A stretch of 64,000 nucleotides of DNA from an uncultured Planctomycetia bacterium (GCA_964527765.1 CAZGQR010000002.1:135701-199700); one strand, 5' to 3'; counted from the first letter of the stretch, positions 36,900-47,237 are shown. Translations and numbers: made by a program. The notes: generated from the sequence alone by a model not told the origin.

Positions 36900-37110
36900 G
36901 TAGGGACGTTTCTCATTTTGTTCCTAGACCGTGAATGGTTTTAATCCCAGACCTGTCCCCAATTTTGTTCTCAGACCTGTCCCCCCCTTTTTTTAAGTAT
37001 TGGGGACAGGTCTAGGATTGAGTGCGGGGACAAGTCTGGGATTGAATTTGGGACAGGTCCAAGTTCAAAATTTTTTACGGTCTGAGTTCAATTTGAGAAA
37101 CGTCCCTTGT
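36900..37110. repeat. Complex ~210-bp imperfect palindrome built from a 22-bp unit (ttttRWTCyCAGACCTGTCCCC): three direct copies followed by three inverted copies, enclosed by an outer inverted pair (gggacgtttctca ... tgagaaacgtccc). MITE-like element or operator array in the divergent era/mgtE intergenic region.
   Basis: Direct copies at ~36917-36931 (partial), 36940-36961, 36965-36986; inverted copies ggggacaggtctaggattga (37013-37032), ggggacaagtctgggattga (37026-37045), gggacaggtccaagttcaaaa (37050-37070); outer arms 36903-36915 / 37093-37105; further tandem cgtcccttgtaa x2 at 37101-37124. Confidence 0.7.
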
Positions 37111-37133
37111 AACTCGTCCCTTGTAAAAAAAGA

Positions 37134-37161
37134 TTGGCAATTTGGATTTTAGCCGTATAAT
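37134..37161 (+). promoter_or_regulatory. Candidate sigma70-like promoter for mgtE (TTGGCA-N16-TATAAT), ~35 nt upstream of the start codon
   Basis: ttggca at 37134-37139, tataat at 37156-37161. Confidence 0.4.
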
Positions 37162-37195
37162 AATTATGTTAATATTTAAGCATAGGCGGTAAATA

Positions 37196-38569
37196 ATGGT
37201 TGAGCGCAGAAAAAACCCCAAAAAGCGGAAAGCGCGGACTATCGAGGAACGGGTCCGGCAGCTTAACGATCTCCTGGAAAAGAACAGGGACGAGGACATG
37301 CGGCATTTCCTCCATGAGATGGCTCCCGAGGATATCGCTGAAGTACTGGGAGAATTTTCCGCAGAAGATAAGTTAAGGATATTCAATTTTCTCGATATCG
37401 GGAATGCTGCCGTCGTTCTCGACGATACCGACCCCCAGAGCCGGCTTCAGATCCTCCAGAAGCTCGAGAGCGATAAACTGGCCAGGGTCCTTGATGAGAT
37501 GCCCGTTGATGAAGCGGCTGATATTATCGAGGAAGTGCCGGAAAAGGACAGGGAAGACATCCTGGACCTGATGGAGGAAAAGGATGCCGAAGAGGTCGAG
37601 GAGATCCTCGGCTATCCGGAGGACAGTGCCGGCCGGGTCATGAACCCCGAGTTTGTTTCTGTCAGGGAGAACAATGATGTCGAGGACGCCATCAGGCATA
37701 TCCGGAGCCTGGAAGTCGATGAGCAGGTTTTTTATGTTTACGTCATGGATGAGGATGAGAAGCTCCGCGGGGTGGTCCCCATCAGAAAACTATTGACCGC
37801 GCCGAAAGGTACCATCATAAAAGATATCCTGGAGGAAGATATCCGCGCCATTCTTGTCGATGAAGATCAGGAGAAAGCCGCCCTTCTGATGAAGAAATAC
37901 GATCTTTTCTCTCTGCCGGTCGTGGATAATGAGGGACGCCTGGTCGGGCGTATAACCGCCGATGATATCATAGATGTCATGGACGAAGAACGCGGGGAAG
38001 ATATAAGTAAAATGACCGGTACCATTGAAGAAGAACAGGGCACCGAGACGACGTTAAGGGCGACGCAGAACAGGCTTCCCTGGCTTATCACGTGCATGCT
38101 GGGAAGTATCATCACGGGGCTTGTCATACAGATGTACAGGATAACGCTTGCGGAAACCCTGGCGCTCATTTCGTTCATCCCGGTCATCACCGCGACCGGA
38201 GGGAATTCAGGGGTCCAGGCCTCGACTGTCGTGGTCAGGGAAATAGCCCTCGGGTCCATGGACTTTTCCCGGGTCGGGGAGGAAATATGGAGGCAGCTTA
38301 AGATAGCGCTCGGTCTCGGTCTTATGTGCGGGATAGTGCTGAGCATCCTGGCGAATATCTGGGTGAAAAACAGCATGATAGGCCTGATCGTGGGGCTGTC
38401 GATCTTTCTGGTCGTGGTCTGGTCGAACTTTGTCGGCGTGCTGACACCTGTCATCTTCAAAAAAATACATCTGGATCCGGCAATATCCTCCGGCCCGCTT
38501 ATTACCACGCTGAATGATATAATAGGGGTGTTTATCTATCTGAGCATCGCGACTTTTCTTTTGACATGA
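37196..38569 (+). CDS. mgtE: Magnesium transporter MgtE (MgtE_N domain, CBS pair, C-terminal TM domain)
   Basis: PEDIAEVLGEFSAEDKLRIFNFLD, tandem CBS-like segments, IPVITATGGNSGVQASTVVVREIALG, 5 C-terminal TM helices. Confidence 0.9.
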   Translation: MVERRKNPKKRKARTIEERVRQLNDLLEKNRDEDMRHFLHEMAPEDIAEVLGEFSAEDKLRIFNFLDIGNAAVVLDDTDPQSRLQILQKLESDKLARVLDEMPVDEAADIIEEVPEKDREDILDLMEEKDAEEVEEILGYPEDSAGRVMNPEFVSVRENNDVEDAIRHIRSLEVDEQVFYVYVMDEDEKLRGVVPIRKLLTAPKGTIIKDILEEDIRAILVDEDQEKAALLMKKYDLFSLPVVDNEGRLVGRITADDIIDVMDEERGEDISKMTGTIEEEQGTETTLRATQNRLPWLITCMLGSIITGLVIQMYRITLAETLALISFIPVITATGGNSGVQASTVVVREIALGSMDFSRVGEEIWRQLKIALGLGLMCGIVLSILANIWVKNSMIGLIVGLSIFLVVVWSNFVGVLTPVIFKKIHLDPAISSGPLITTLNDIIGVFIYLSIATFLLT

Positions 38570-38660
38570 CGGGAAAACGCGCGGCAAAGGCGTTGACACC
38601 ATTTGAAGCATTTGATATACTCAATTTCCCTTGTGGAATTTTTAAAACGGAGGTGACAAA

Positions 38661-38858
38661 ATGGGAAAGGTTTTGAGCTTATTGATCGGAGCGGTCGTGG
38701 CGCTTGTCGGGTTGATCCTTCTTATTGCCTGGTGGTATGAACTTTTATTCATTCTAAGGGGAGTGGTACCTCTAATGCTTATACTGGGCGGAGTGATAGC
38801 CGTCATAGCGGGTTTCAGCGAGCTCAAGGATGTCCTGAAAAAGAAGGAAGGAAAATAA
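38661..38858 (+). CDS. Hypothetical small membrane protein (65 aa, two TM helices)
   Basis: GGAGGTGA RBS; MGKVLSLLIGAVVALVGLILLIAWWYELLFILRGVVPLMLILGGVIAVIAGF. Confidence 0.5.
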   Translation: MGKVLSLLIGAVVALVGLILLIAWWYELLFILRGVVPLMLILGGVIAVIAGFSELKDVLKKKEGK

Positions 38859-38870
38859 GTCAGGTCCGGG

Positions 38871-39443
38871 ATGTTTTTGCGTACCAGGATTATAACAGGT
38901 CTAGCGGCGTGTCTTTTGTGCCTGGCATTCCAAGGGTGCCTTGAAGACCGGGCCGAGCTTGAAAAAAGAATACTGGCGCACGATCCGTCTTTCCAGAAGA
39001 CCCTCGACAGCAGGGACTCCCTGCGCGAACAGCTGGATTCCCAAAAGGCGATCTTTCTCAGGCGGGAAAGCGAGGCGAACAGCCTGATAAAGGCCCTGAA
39101 GCAGAAGAAGATAGACGCGAAGAAAGAATATTCAGCGCAGGTGGAAAAAATAAGACGGCAGATCCAGCCAGAAAAAAGACAGCTGCGGAGATCTCTCATA
39201 GATATAAAACGCCAGTATAAATGCAAAGAGCAGGAGATCGGCCATATAGACAAGGATATAAACGAGATCACCGCTCTGATAAAGAAAAAAGACGCGCTGG
39301 CCCTGACCCAGGATGAAATACGGACCTGGAACGAAAGATTGTCTTCTCTGATAAAGAAAAAAAACGAGATCAGCGCCGAAAAGGATAAACTCGGGAAAGA
39401 GATCGAGATAACGAAATTGAAGATAAAGGTCCTCGGGGTCTGA
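38871..39443 (+). CDS. Hypothetical exported/lipoprotein-like coiled-coil protein (Lys/Glu-rich)
   Basis: N-terminal MFLRTRIITGLAAC (LAAC lipobox-like) followed by an extended coiled-coil-type sequence (KKIDAKKEYSAQVEKIRRQIQ...). Confidence 0.5.
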   Translation: MFLRTRIITGLAACLLCLAFQGCLEDRAELEKRILAHDPSFQKTLDSRDSLREQLDSQKAIFLRRESEANSLIKALKQKKIDAKKEYSAQVEKIRRQIQPEKRQLRRSLIDIKRQYKCKEQEIGHIDKDINEITALIKKKDALALTQDEIRTWNERLSSLIKKKNEISAEKDKLGKEIEITKLKIKVLGV

Positions 39444-39462
39444 TAAGGCAAGGAGAATGTGA

Positions 39463-41028
39463 GTGAAAGTACTAAGAGCGCTGGTAAGCGTGTCGGACAA
39501 AACGGGACTGGAAAGCTTTGTTAAGGGGCTGAACCGGCTGGGTATCGAGATAATATCCACCGGAGGGACCGCCAGCGAGATCAGCTCGCTTGGTATCCCG
39601 GTAACAGAAGTAAGTTCTTATACCGCCTTTCCGGAGATGCTCGACGGAAGGGTCAAGACCCTTCACCCCAAGATACACGCCGGCCTCCTGGCCGTGAGAG
39701 ATAACGCCGAACACATGCGCCAGTTGAAAGCAAACGGTATCCTGCCGATCGATATGGTGGTCGTGAACCTTTATCCTTTCGAGGAAACGGTGGCCCGCAG
39801 CGGCGTGACGATGGAAGAGGCTATTGAGAATATCGATATCGGCGGGCCGACGATGCTTCGCAGCGCCGCCAAGAATTTCCGCTCGGTTGCCGTTGTCAGT
39901 TCTCCCGCCCAGTACGGTCAGGTCTTACGCGAGCTGGAAGATTCGGGAGGCGAACTTTCGGAACCTACCCTGAAGGGCCTGGCGGTGGAGGTTTTTGCCG
40001 GGACCTCCCGCTACGACGGTCTTATAACGCGTTACCTGTCGGAAGGAGCCGCTGCCGGCAGCGAAGAAAAGGTTTTTCCAGACCATGTCGATATAAAGAT
40101 GAGCAAGATCGGGGACCTGAGGTACGGAGAGAACCCGCACCAGCAGGCGGCATTTTACCGGGACGACGCCGCCGCCGGTACGGGAATAACCGATGCCGAA
40201 CAGATCCAGGGGAAGGAGCTTTCCTTCAACAACATACTCGACCTTAACACCGCCCGGGCGATAGTGATGGATTTTGACGACCCCGCCGTCAGCATTGTCA
40301 AGCATAACAACCCTTCAGGCAGCGCGACAGCCGGCACGCTGGAGAAGGCCTATCTGGACGCGCTTGATTGCGACCCCATGAGCGCGTTCGGCAGCGTCAT
40401 GGGTTTTAACCGCCCGGTCGACGGACGCACGGCAAGGACCATACTGGATAAAGTCGATTTTGTGGAATGTATCATCGCGCCGGAATACGAGGAAAAAGCG
40501 CTGGAGGTTTTTGCCGCCAAAAAGAACCTCAGGATTCTGAAGGTCTCTTTTTCCGGCCGCGCATCGCTGGGAGAAAAAGACCTGAAAAAGATCCCCGGCG
40601 GAATGCTGCTTCAGGATGCGGACGTAAAAGAACTGTCCCCCGGGGACGTAAAGGCGGTCACCGAGAAGAAACCTTCGGAAAAACTGCTGGACTCGCTGAT
40701 GTTCGGATGGAAGATCGTGAAATACGTGAAAAGTAACGCTATCGTGTTGTGCCAGGGGACAAAGACGGTAGGAATAGGCGCCGGCCAGATGTCACGGGTA
40801 GATTCAGTTATCATCGCCATCCGCAAGGCCGCCGGCAGGGCGAAGGGTGCCGTATTGGCCAGTGACGCTTTTTTCCCCAAGGCGGATTCCATCGAAGAAG
40901 CCGGCAAGGCAGGTATTGCCGCCATCATACAGCCGGGCGGGTCGATACACGACGATGAAGTGATCGCCGCATGCAACCGCTTCAACATCCCTATGGTATT
41001 TACGGGGATAAGACATTTCAGACATTAA
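39463..41028 (+). CDS. purH: Bifunctional AICAR transformylase / IMP cyclohydrolase PurH (GTG start, AAGGAG RBS)
   Basis: VKVLRALVSVSDKTGLESFVKGLNRLGIEIISTGGTA (MGS-like N-terminus), central AICARFT region, C-terminal ..GGSIHDDEVIAACN.. Confidence 0.9.
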   Translation: MKVLRALVSVSDKTGLESFVKGLNRLGIEIISTGGTASEISSLGIPVTEVSSYTAFPEMLDGRVKTLHPKIHAGLLAVRDNAEHMRQLKANGILPIDMVVVNLYPFEETVARSGVTMEEAIENIDIGGPTMLRSAAKNFRSVAVVSSPAQYGQVLRELEDSGGELSEPTLKGLAVEVFAGTSRYDGLITRYLSEGAAAGSEEKVFPDHVDIKMSKIGDLRYGENPHQQAAFYRDDAAAGTGITDAEQIQGKELSFNNILDLNTARAIVMDFDDPAVSIVKHNNPSGSATAGTLEKAYLDALDCDPMSAFGSVMGFNRPVDGRTARTILDKVDFVECIIAPEYEEKALEVFAAKKNLRILKVSFSGRASLGEKDLKKIPGGMLLQDADVKELSPGDVKAVTEKKPSEKLLDSLMFGWKIVKYVKSNAIVLCQGTKTVGIGAGQMSRVDSVIIAIRKAAGRAKGAVLASDAFFPKADSIEEAGKAGIAAIIQPGGSIHDDEVIAACNRFNIPMVFTGIRHFRH

Positions 41029-41037
41029 TACTGGCTC

Positions 41038-42354
41038 ATGCCGACCTATAATGAAACCCTTAAATATCTGGACTCTTTCGTTGACTACGAAAGGGCCGGT
41101 CTTGACGGCATTGGAAAAGATTTTGACCTGGACAAATTGCGCGCCGTGCTGGAAAAACTGGGGAACCCGCATCGCGATTACCGCTGCGTCCATGTCGCGG
41201 GGACCAAAGGCAAGGGGTCCGTATGTTCGTTTACCTCTTCTATCCTGGAGAGCGCCGGTTATCGTGTCGGCCTTTATACTTCGCCGCACCTGGTCACCGC
41301 TTTCGAGCGCATCAAAATAAATAACAGAAATATCGGAGAGGAAGATCTTATCCGCGCTGTCGGCCGCCTGCGGGAATACATCGACCCTGCTCCCGATAAA
41401 GGGTTTACTTTTTTCGAGGTGTATACGCTGGTCGCGATGCTGCACTTCAGCATGAAGAAAGCGGATTTTGCCGTTTTTGAGGTGGGGATGGGCGGGCGCC
41501 TCGATGCCACCAACGTGATCGACGCGGAGGTCTGCGGGATAAGCCCAGTAAGCTATGATCACACCCGGGTGCTCGGCGGAAGGATCGAACAGATAGCGCG
41601 CGAGAAATCAGCTATCATCAAGCGCGGCGCGCACTGCGTGAGTTCCCCCCAGCGCGCGGAAGCGCTTCGCGTGATCAGGCGGAAATGTTCCGAGGAAGGC
41701 GCTTCATTGTCGCTCGTGGGAAAAGATATAACCTACCGTATCAACAGTTTTGATGAGAAAGGGAGCAGTTTTGATGTCCGCGGCAGGGCAGGCCGTTATG
41801 AGGGATGCCGGACCGGGATGCTCGGGGATTTCCAGGTGTCCAATTGCGCCACTGCCATAGGCATCTGCGAGCACCTGCTTGGCGATAATGAAAATAATGA
41901 AGACGTGTTCAGGAGGGGTATCGAGCGCGTTTTCATCCCCGGAAGGATGGAGGTCCTGCGCCGCCGCCCGCTTATCGTTATTGACGGAGCTCAGAACGGC
42001 GACAGCGCGATGCGGTTGAGACATTCAGTTGAACAGATCTTCAGATATGATAGATTGATACTTTTGCTGGGACTTTCGCGCGACAAGGACATCAAGAACG
42101 TGTGCGCCTGCCTTGCGCCGCTTGCGGACGAGATAGTGCTTTCCCGTGCCTCGGTAAGCCGTGCCGCCGACCCGTACCTGATAAAGGGATATATAAAGAC
42201 CAGGAGCGTCAGCGTAACGGAAGACGTAAAGGAAGGACTCGGCACGGCGTTCAGCCTGGCGGGCGAGAACGATATGATACTGGCGACAGGCTCGTTTTAT
42301 CTTATCGGAGAAGTGCGGGAATTGATCCCGGAGCGGGTTTTAACCGGACATTAA
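41038..42354 (+). CDS. folC: Folylpolyglutamate synthase / dihydrofolate synthase (Mur-ligase family)
   Basis: YNETLKYLDSF.., VHVAGTKGKGSVCSFTSSILESAGYRVGLYTSPHL, VFEVGMGGRLDATNVI. Confidence 0.85.
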   Translation: MPTYNETLKYLDSFVDYERAGLDGIGKDFDLDKLRAVLEKLGNPHRDYRCVHVAGTKGKGSVCSFTSSILESAGYRVGLYTSPHLVTAFERIKINNRNIGEEDLIRAVGRLREYIDPAPDKGFTFFEVYTLVAMLHFSMKKADFAVFEVGMGGRLDATNVIDAEVCGISPVSYDHTRVLGGRIEQIAREKSAIIKRGAHCVSSPQRAEALRVIRRKCSEEGASLSLVGKDITYRINSFDEKGSSFDVRGRAGRYEGCRTGMLGDFQVSNCATAIGICEHLLGDNENNEDVFRRGIERVFIPGRMEVLRRRPLIVIDGAQNGDSAMRLRHSVEQIFRYDRLILLLGLSRDKDIKNVCACLAPLADEIVLSRASVSRAADPYLIKGYIKTRSVSVTEDVKEGLGTAFSLAGENDMILATGSFYLIGEVRELIPERVLTGH

Positions 42355-42373
42355 ACTTCGGTGCAGCTGCCTT

Positions 42374-43765
42374 ATGGATATGAATAATAACGATACGATC
42401 GCGGCGGTTTCCACTCCTCCCGGGGAAGGGGGGATAGGCATAGTGCGCATGAGCGGGAAAGATTCGCTCACTATCGCTGACAGGATATTCACCTCTTCCG
42501 GTGGGCGGCGGCCGTCTTCCTGCGCGAGCCATACGGTGCATCACGGGCACGTGAAGATGCCGGGATCGGGGGAAATGGTGGATGAGATCCTTCTTGCTGT
42601 CATGCGCGCGCCGAAGACCTATACCGGCGAAGACGTGGCGGAAATGAACTGCCACGGCGGGATCATGTCCGTGAAAAAGGTGCTTCAGCTGTGCATCCGC
42701 GAAGGAGCGAGACTGGCGGAGCCCGGGGAATTTACCAGGAGAGCTTTTCTGAACGGGAGGATAGACCTGCCCCAGGCGGAAGCCGTTCTGGACGTGATAA
42801 GGTCCGAGACCGACGCGGCGCAGAAGGTAGCGATCGAGCAGCTGCGCGGCGGGTTCTCCGGAGAGATACTTGACCTGCGCAACTCAGCGATCGAGGCATT
42901 GTCCATGATAGAGCTTGCGATAGATTTTTCGCAGGAGGACGTGGAATTTCCGCGCGCCGAAAAGATCACCAAACACGTGGAAGACCTGCTCCTTCGCGTT
43001 AAAAAGATGCTGGAGACCTCCGAGAAGGGAATGCTCCTGCGCGAGGGCGCCAGTGTGGTGATATGCGGCAGGCCGAATGTCGGCAAGTCAAGCCTCATGA
43101 ACGCCCTGTTGAAACATGACAGGGTGATCGTCACCCCCGTGGCGGGGACGACCAGGGACGTCATCGAGGAATTCATAAACATCGCCGGCGTCAAGGTCAG
43201 GATAAGCGATACCGCGGGCATCATTGACACGGAGGACAGGGTCGAGATAGAAGGCATTAAACGTTCCAGGGAAAAACTCGCCGCCGCCGACGTGGTGATC
43301 TTCATGCTGGACTCCAGCTGCCGGCTCTCCCCCAGGGACGAAAAGATATACGGGACGATCGGGAATAAAAAGAGCGTGATCGTCGCGAACAAGACGGACC
43401 TGCCGCGTAAACTGGATATCGAAAAAGCCAGGAAGCGATTCGCGCGGGAAGAGATACTGGAGGTCTCGGCCCTGAAAAAAGAAGGCCTGGAAAAGGTGGA
43501 GGACGCGATAGCCGGGAAGCTTTTCGGCGGCAGTATCGGGCCGCAGGAAGGGCTCATGGTGACGAACGTCCGGCATAAGGATATTCTCGGAAAGGCCGCC
43601 CGGGCGATGGAAAGGGCCATGAAGGTCACGGGCAGGAGTTACAACGGAGAGCTTCTCGCAAGCGACCTTAACGAGGCGGTCCACCAGCTGGGGCTGATCA
43701 TCGGCGAATCCGTTGAGGATGGCGTTCTGGACAGGATATTTTCGCAGTTTTGCATAGGGAAGTGA
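42374..43765 (+). CDS. mnmE: tRNA modification GTPase MnmE (TrmE)
   Basis: [23 protein letters not shown]-domain [25 protein letters not shown]-terminal ..FCIGK. Confidence 0.9.
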   Translation: MDMNNNDTIAAVSTPPGEGGIGIVRMSGKDSLTIADRIFTSSGGRRPSSCASHTVHHGHVKMPGSGEMVDEILLAVMRAPKTYTGEDVAEMNCHGGIMSVKKVLQLCIREGARLAEPGEFTRRAFLNGRIDLPQAEAVLDVIRSETDAAQKVAIEQLRGGFSGEILDLRNSAIEALSMIELAIDFSQEDVEFPRAEKITKHVEDLLLRVKKMLETSEKGMLLREGASVVICGRPNVGKSSLMNALLKHDRVIVTPVAGTTRDVIEEFINIAGVKVRISDTAGIIDTEDRVEIEGIKRSREKLAAADVVIFMLDSSCRLSPRDEKIYGTIGNKKSVIVANKTDLPRKLDIEKARKRFAREEILEVSALKKEGLEKVEDAIAGKLFGGSIGPQEGLMVTNVRHKDILGKAARAMERAMKVTGRSYNGELLASDLNEAVHQLGLIIGESVEDGVLDRIFSQFCIGK

Positions 43766-43775
43766 GGGAGAAAAC

Positions 43776-44342
43776 ATGGATAAGAAGAAAATAAAAAAGG
43801 CAGTGGAGGAAATACTGCACGCCATAGGCGACGATCCCGAGAGAGAAGGCATTAAAAACACCCCTCAGAGGGTCGCGGATATGTATGAGGAGATACTGGG
43901 GGGCACGTACAGGAATGCCGACGATGATATCGAGGTCTTTTTCGAAAAGGAACATGACGAGATCATCCTTCTTAAGGATATTCCCTTATATTCGGTGTGC
44001 GAGCACCACATGGTGCCGTTTGTCGGAAGGGCGCACGTGGCGTATATACCGGACGGGAACAGGATCACCGGGCTGAGCAAGATCGCCAGGGTCGTTGATA
44101 CCTTCTCCAGGAGGCTCCAGGTCCAGGAGCGCCTTACCACCGAGATAGCCGAAACCCTTATGCGGAAACTCAAGCCCAAGGGTGTCCTCGTGGTCATCGA
44201 GGCGGAGCATCTCTGCATGAGCATGAGGGGGATCAAGAAACCGGGTATTATCACCACCACGAGCGCCGTAAGGGGCATATTCCGCAGCAGCCAGAAGACA
44301 CGGTCGGAGGCCCTGTCGCTCATAAGGCACCAAAGGCGGTGA
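43776..44342 (+). CDS. folE: GTP cyclohydrolase I (FolE)
   Basis: ..[20 protein letters not shown].., ..RLQVQERLT.. Confidence 0.9.
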   Translation: MDKKKIKKAVEEILHAIGDDPEREGIKNTPQRVADMYEEILGGTYRNADDDIEVFFEKEHDEIILLKDIPLYSVCEHHMVPFVGRAHVAYIPDGNRITGLSKIARVVDTFSRRLQVQERLTTEIAETLMRKLKPKGVLVVIEAEHLCMSMRGIKKPGIITTTSAVRGIFRSSQKTRSEALSLIRHQRR

Positions 44343-44459
44343 GAAACTTTAAATTGTTTGATTTTTGCCTCTACATATAATATAATTGTGAAAATCAAAT
44401 TAATACAACTGGGCTTATTATAAGGTCTTAGTGAGGATGAAAGAAGGGTTTTCAGGGAT

Positions 44460-44921
44460 ATGAGCGGACATGGTGCCTTGTGGCATTTTTTCCATAACGA
44501 TGTCATCATTGCTACCTTTTTCGGCTGGTTCACCGCGCAGATCATCAAGGTGATCATAGGCGTCGTGACGGAAAAACGGTTCAATTTCAAGTGGTTCGTA
44601 GGCACGGGAGGCATGCCGAGTTCCCATGTCGCGGGGGCAACGGCCCTCGCTACCAGCGTCGGCCTTTACGAAGGGGTCTCAACGGCGCTTTTCGGCGTAA
44701 CGCTCATGTTCACGGTTGTGGTGATATTTGACGCGCAGGGAGTGCGCCGGGCCACGGGCAAACAGGCTGAAATATTAAATACGATAATGGAAGACATCTA
44801 CTGGAAGAAAAAGATACATGAGGACAAGCTCAAGGAGCTCATAGGGCATACCCCGATACAGGTATTCGCGGGCATATTCATAGGGCTTGCCGTCGCGTTC
44901 GGGCTGTATTTGCTTTTTTAA
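44460..44921 (+). CDS. Divergent PAP2 / acid-phosphatase-vanadium-haloperoxidase-related membrane protein (YuiD/DUF212 family)
   Basis: ..FNFKWFVGTGGMPSSHVAGATALATSVGLYEG.. with about 4 TM segments, typical of the YuiD family. Confidence 0.6.
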   Translation: MSGHGALWHFFHNDVIIATFFGWFTAQIIKVIIGVVTEKRFNFKWFVGTGGMPSSHVAGATALATSVGLYEGVSTALFGVTLMFTVVVIFDAQGVRRATGKQAEILNTIMEDIYWKKKIHEDKLKELIGHTPIQVFAGIFIGLAVAFGLYLLF

Positions 44922-44935
44922 AAAGGAGAAAGATC

Positions 44936-45865
44936 GTGAGAAGAAATACCGGGTTCCTGCTGATCGTCTTTTTCATGGTCCTTATTATCACTGCGGCATC
45001 GTTCCTGGTCCTGAGGAAAGCGCCTGAAGGACTGATAGATACCGCCAGGCCGGATAAGGCGGAGCTGATATACGCGAAAGCGGAAGAGTTCCTGAAATCC
45101 GGCGAGCGGAACAGAGCCGCAGGCGCGCTGTCGATGCTGATCAATGAATACCCGGATTCCGAATACGCGGCAAAAGCTCTTAACAAACTGGCCTCCATCA
45201 GCCTCCATGAAGGCGATCACGGCAAAGCGCGATATTATTACAAAAGACTGCTCAAGGATTTTCCCGAGATAAAGGACGCCGCCGCGATCCGGTCCTCTCT
45301 GGAAGACATCAACATGAGGATGATGCTCTCGCCCGTTGTCACCGAAGGCAGCATTGAATACGAGGTCAAGCCGGGAGATACCCTTTTCGGCATCGCCGGG
45401 AACTCCAACACGACCGTAGCGCTCATAAAAAAGGTCAACTCCCTGCAGGGCGACGTGATAAGGCCGGGGCAGAAACTGAAGGTGATCACCTCAAGGTTCT
45501 CGATCCTGGTGGACAAATCCCGTAACGTGCTCATATTGGAAGCCGACGGCGAGCCGTTCAAGACGTACGGCGTTTCGACCGGCAAGGACAACTGTACCCC
45601 GGTCGGCGTATTTAAGATCGAGGAGAAAATGGTAAAGCCCGTCTGGTACAAGGTAGGCGCCGTTGTGGCCCCCGACAGCGAGGAATACGAACTCGGCGAA
45701 AGGTGGATGGGACTTTCCGTCGAAGGGTACGGCATACACGGGACGTCCGATGAAAGTACCATCGGCAAACAGATAACCCAGGGCTGCGTGAGGATGCGCA
45801 ACAATGATGTTATAGAGTTGTTTGATATCGTTCCCAGCGGAACCGAAGTGGAGATCGTGGATTAA
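44936..45865 (+). CDS. L,D-transpeptidase (YkuD catalytic domain) with a LysM domain and an N-terminal TM/TPR-like region; GTG start
   Basis: LysM: YEVKPGDTLFGIAG..LIKKVNSL..IRPGQKLKV; YkuD: GIHGTSDESTIGKQITQGCVRMRNND; AAGGAG RBS. Confidence 0.8.
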   Translation: MRRNTGFLLIVFFMVLIITAASFLVLRKAPEGLIDTARPDKAELIYAKAEEFLKSGERNRAAGALSMLINEYPDSEYAAKALNKLASISLHEGDHGKARYYYKRLLKDFPEIKDAAAIRSSLEDINMRMMLSPVVTEGSIEYEVKPGDTLFGIAGNSNTTVALIKKVNSLQGDVIRPGQKLKVITSRFSILVDKSRNVLILEADGEPFKTYGVSTGKDNCTPVGVFKIEEKMVKPVWYKVGAVVAPDSEEYELGERWMGLSVEGYGIHGTSDESTIGKQITQGCVRMRNNDVIELFDIVPSGTEVEIVD

Positions 45866-45866
45866 C

Positions 45867-46823
45867 ATGGCCATTGTGCTTGAGTTCGAAAAACCCATAA
45901 TAGACCTGGAAAACAAGATCGAAGAACTGAAAAGGTTCACCAAGGATGAAAGGATCGATCTTTCCGATGAGATAACCAGGCTTCAGGATCGGCTGGAGAG
46001 GCTCAGAAAAGAGGTCTTTGACAACCTGACGTCCTGGCAGAAGGTCCAGCTTTCCCGGCATCCTGACCGCCCTTATACGTTGGATTATCTAAGCATGATC
46101 GCCGAGGACTTTATCGAGATACACGGGGACCGTCATTTTGCCGATGACAGGGCTTTGATAACCGGACTGGCCCGTATCGGCAGCTGGAAGGTAATGGTCA
46201 TCGGACACCAAAAGGGCCGCGATATGAAGGAGAACCTGGAAAGGAATTTTGGATGCGCCCACCCCGAGGGATACCGCAAGGCGATCCGGCTTATGCAGAT
46301 GGCCGATAAGTTCGGTATACCCATAGTCACTTTTATAGATACCCCCGGCGCTTATCCCGGCGTGGGAGCCGAAGAACGCGGGCAGGCGGAAGCCATCGCC
46401 TATAACCTTCGGGAAATGGCGGGACTCGGGGTGCCCATTGTCATATTCGTTATCGGGGAAGGAGGGTCCGGCGGGGCCCTGGGCATAGGCCTCGGGGACA
46501 GGATATTCGTCCTGGAAAATTCATATTATTCCGTGATCTCGCCGGAAGGATGCGCGGCGATCCTCTGGCGGGAGCGTTCCAAAGCCCCCTTCGCGGCGCA
46601 GGCGCTTAAGCTGACGGCGCCGGAACTTCTCGAGCTGGGGATAATAGACGGCATAATACCGGAGCCCCTGGGAGGGGCTCACAGAAATCCGAAGCTGGCG
46701 GCGGAAGAGATCAAAAAGAACATAGACAGGGCGCTCGGGGAACTCTCCAAACTGACACCGGAAGAGCTAGTGGAAGCCAGATACGGGAAATACAGGGATG
46801 TGGGGATCTATAAAGAAGGTTAA
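45867..46823 (+). CDS. accA: Acetyl-CoA carboxylase carboxyltransferase subunit alpha (AccA). Start chosen at ATG 45867, since the ORF-track start at 45822 overlaps the previous gene.
   Basis: LEFEKPIIDLENKIEELK.., ..FIDTPGAYPGVGAEERGQAEAIA.., ..IVIGEGGSGGAL.. Confidence 0.9.
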   Translation: MAIVLEFEKPIIDLENKIEELKRFTKDERIDLSDEITRLQDRLERLRKEVFDNLTSWQKVQLSRHPDRPYTLDYLSMIAEDFIEIHGDRHFADDRALITGLARIGSWKVMVIGHQKGRDMKENLERNFGCAHPEGYRKAIRLMQMADKFGIPIVTFIDTPGAYPGVGAEERGQAEAIAYNLREMAGLGVPIVIFVIGEGGSGGALGIGLGDRIFVLENSYYSVISPEGCAAILWRERSKAPFAAQALKLTAPELLELGIIDGIIPEPLGGAHRNPKLAAEEIKKNIDRALGELSKLTPEELVEARYGKYRDVGIYKEG

Positions 46824-46832
46824 CCTAAAGTC

Positions 46833-47237
46833 ATGAGGACAATGATCGCCAACGACAATCATCTTTTAAAAGAAGCGAGCAAGAAACTTATAAATGCACT
46901 TAAAAGAAAAGGCGTCAACGAGGACGTTATTTTTGATATCCATGTCGGGTTTGAAGAGGCCCTTCGTAACGCCATGATACACGGGAATAAGATGGATTCC
47001 TCCAAGAAAGTCGCGATCGAGACGGAGATGGAGGGGAACACGGTGGTGATACGTGTTGAGGATGAAGGAGAAGGGTTCGATCCGGAAACGCTTCCGGACC
47101 CCACGCTGAACGAGAACTTGCTCAAAGAAGGCGGGCGCGGCGTGTATCTCATAAAGCATCTCATGGATGAAGTGAAGTATGAGAACGGCGGCAGAAGGGT
47201 CGTCATGAAAAAATACCTGGACAGGAAACATCTATAA
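46833..47237 (+). CDS. Anti-sigma-factor-type serine protein kinase (RsbW/SpoIIAB-like GHKL ATPase)
   Basis: ..EALRNAMIHGNKMDSSKKVAIE..VVIRVEDEGEGFDPE..GGRGVYLIKHLMDEV.. Confidence 0.75.
   Translation: MRTMIANDNHLLKEASKKLINALKRKGVNEDVIFDIHVGFEEALRNAMIHGNKMDSSKKVAIETEMEGNTVVIRVEDEGEGFDPETLPDPTLNENLLKEGGRGVYLIKHLMDEVKYENGGRRVVMKKYLDRKHL

Noticed and set aside
36868-37195. M-box (ykoK) Mg2+ riboswitch upstream of mgtE
   Set aside because: The predicted promoter leaves only ~35 nt of leader, too short for the ~160-nt M-box; the structured element lies upstream of the promoter and is a DNA repeat array, not an RNA leader
38642-39451. 269-aa minus-strand ORF opposite the small membrane protein and lipoprotein genes
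   Set aside because: Low-complexity Ser/Phe-rich translation; the + strand genes have RBSs and signal/TM features. Moderate certainty only.
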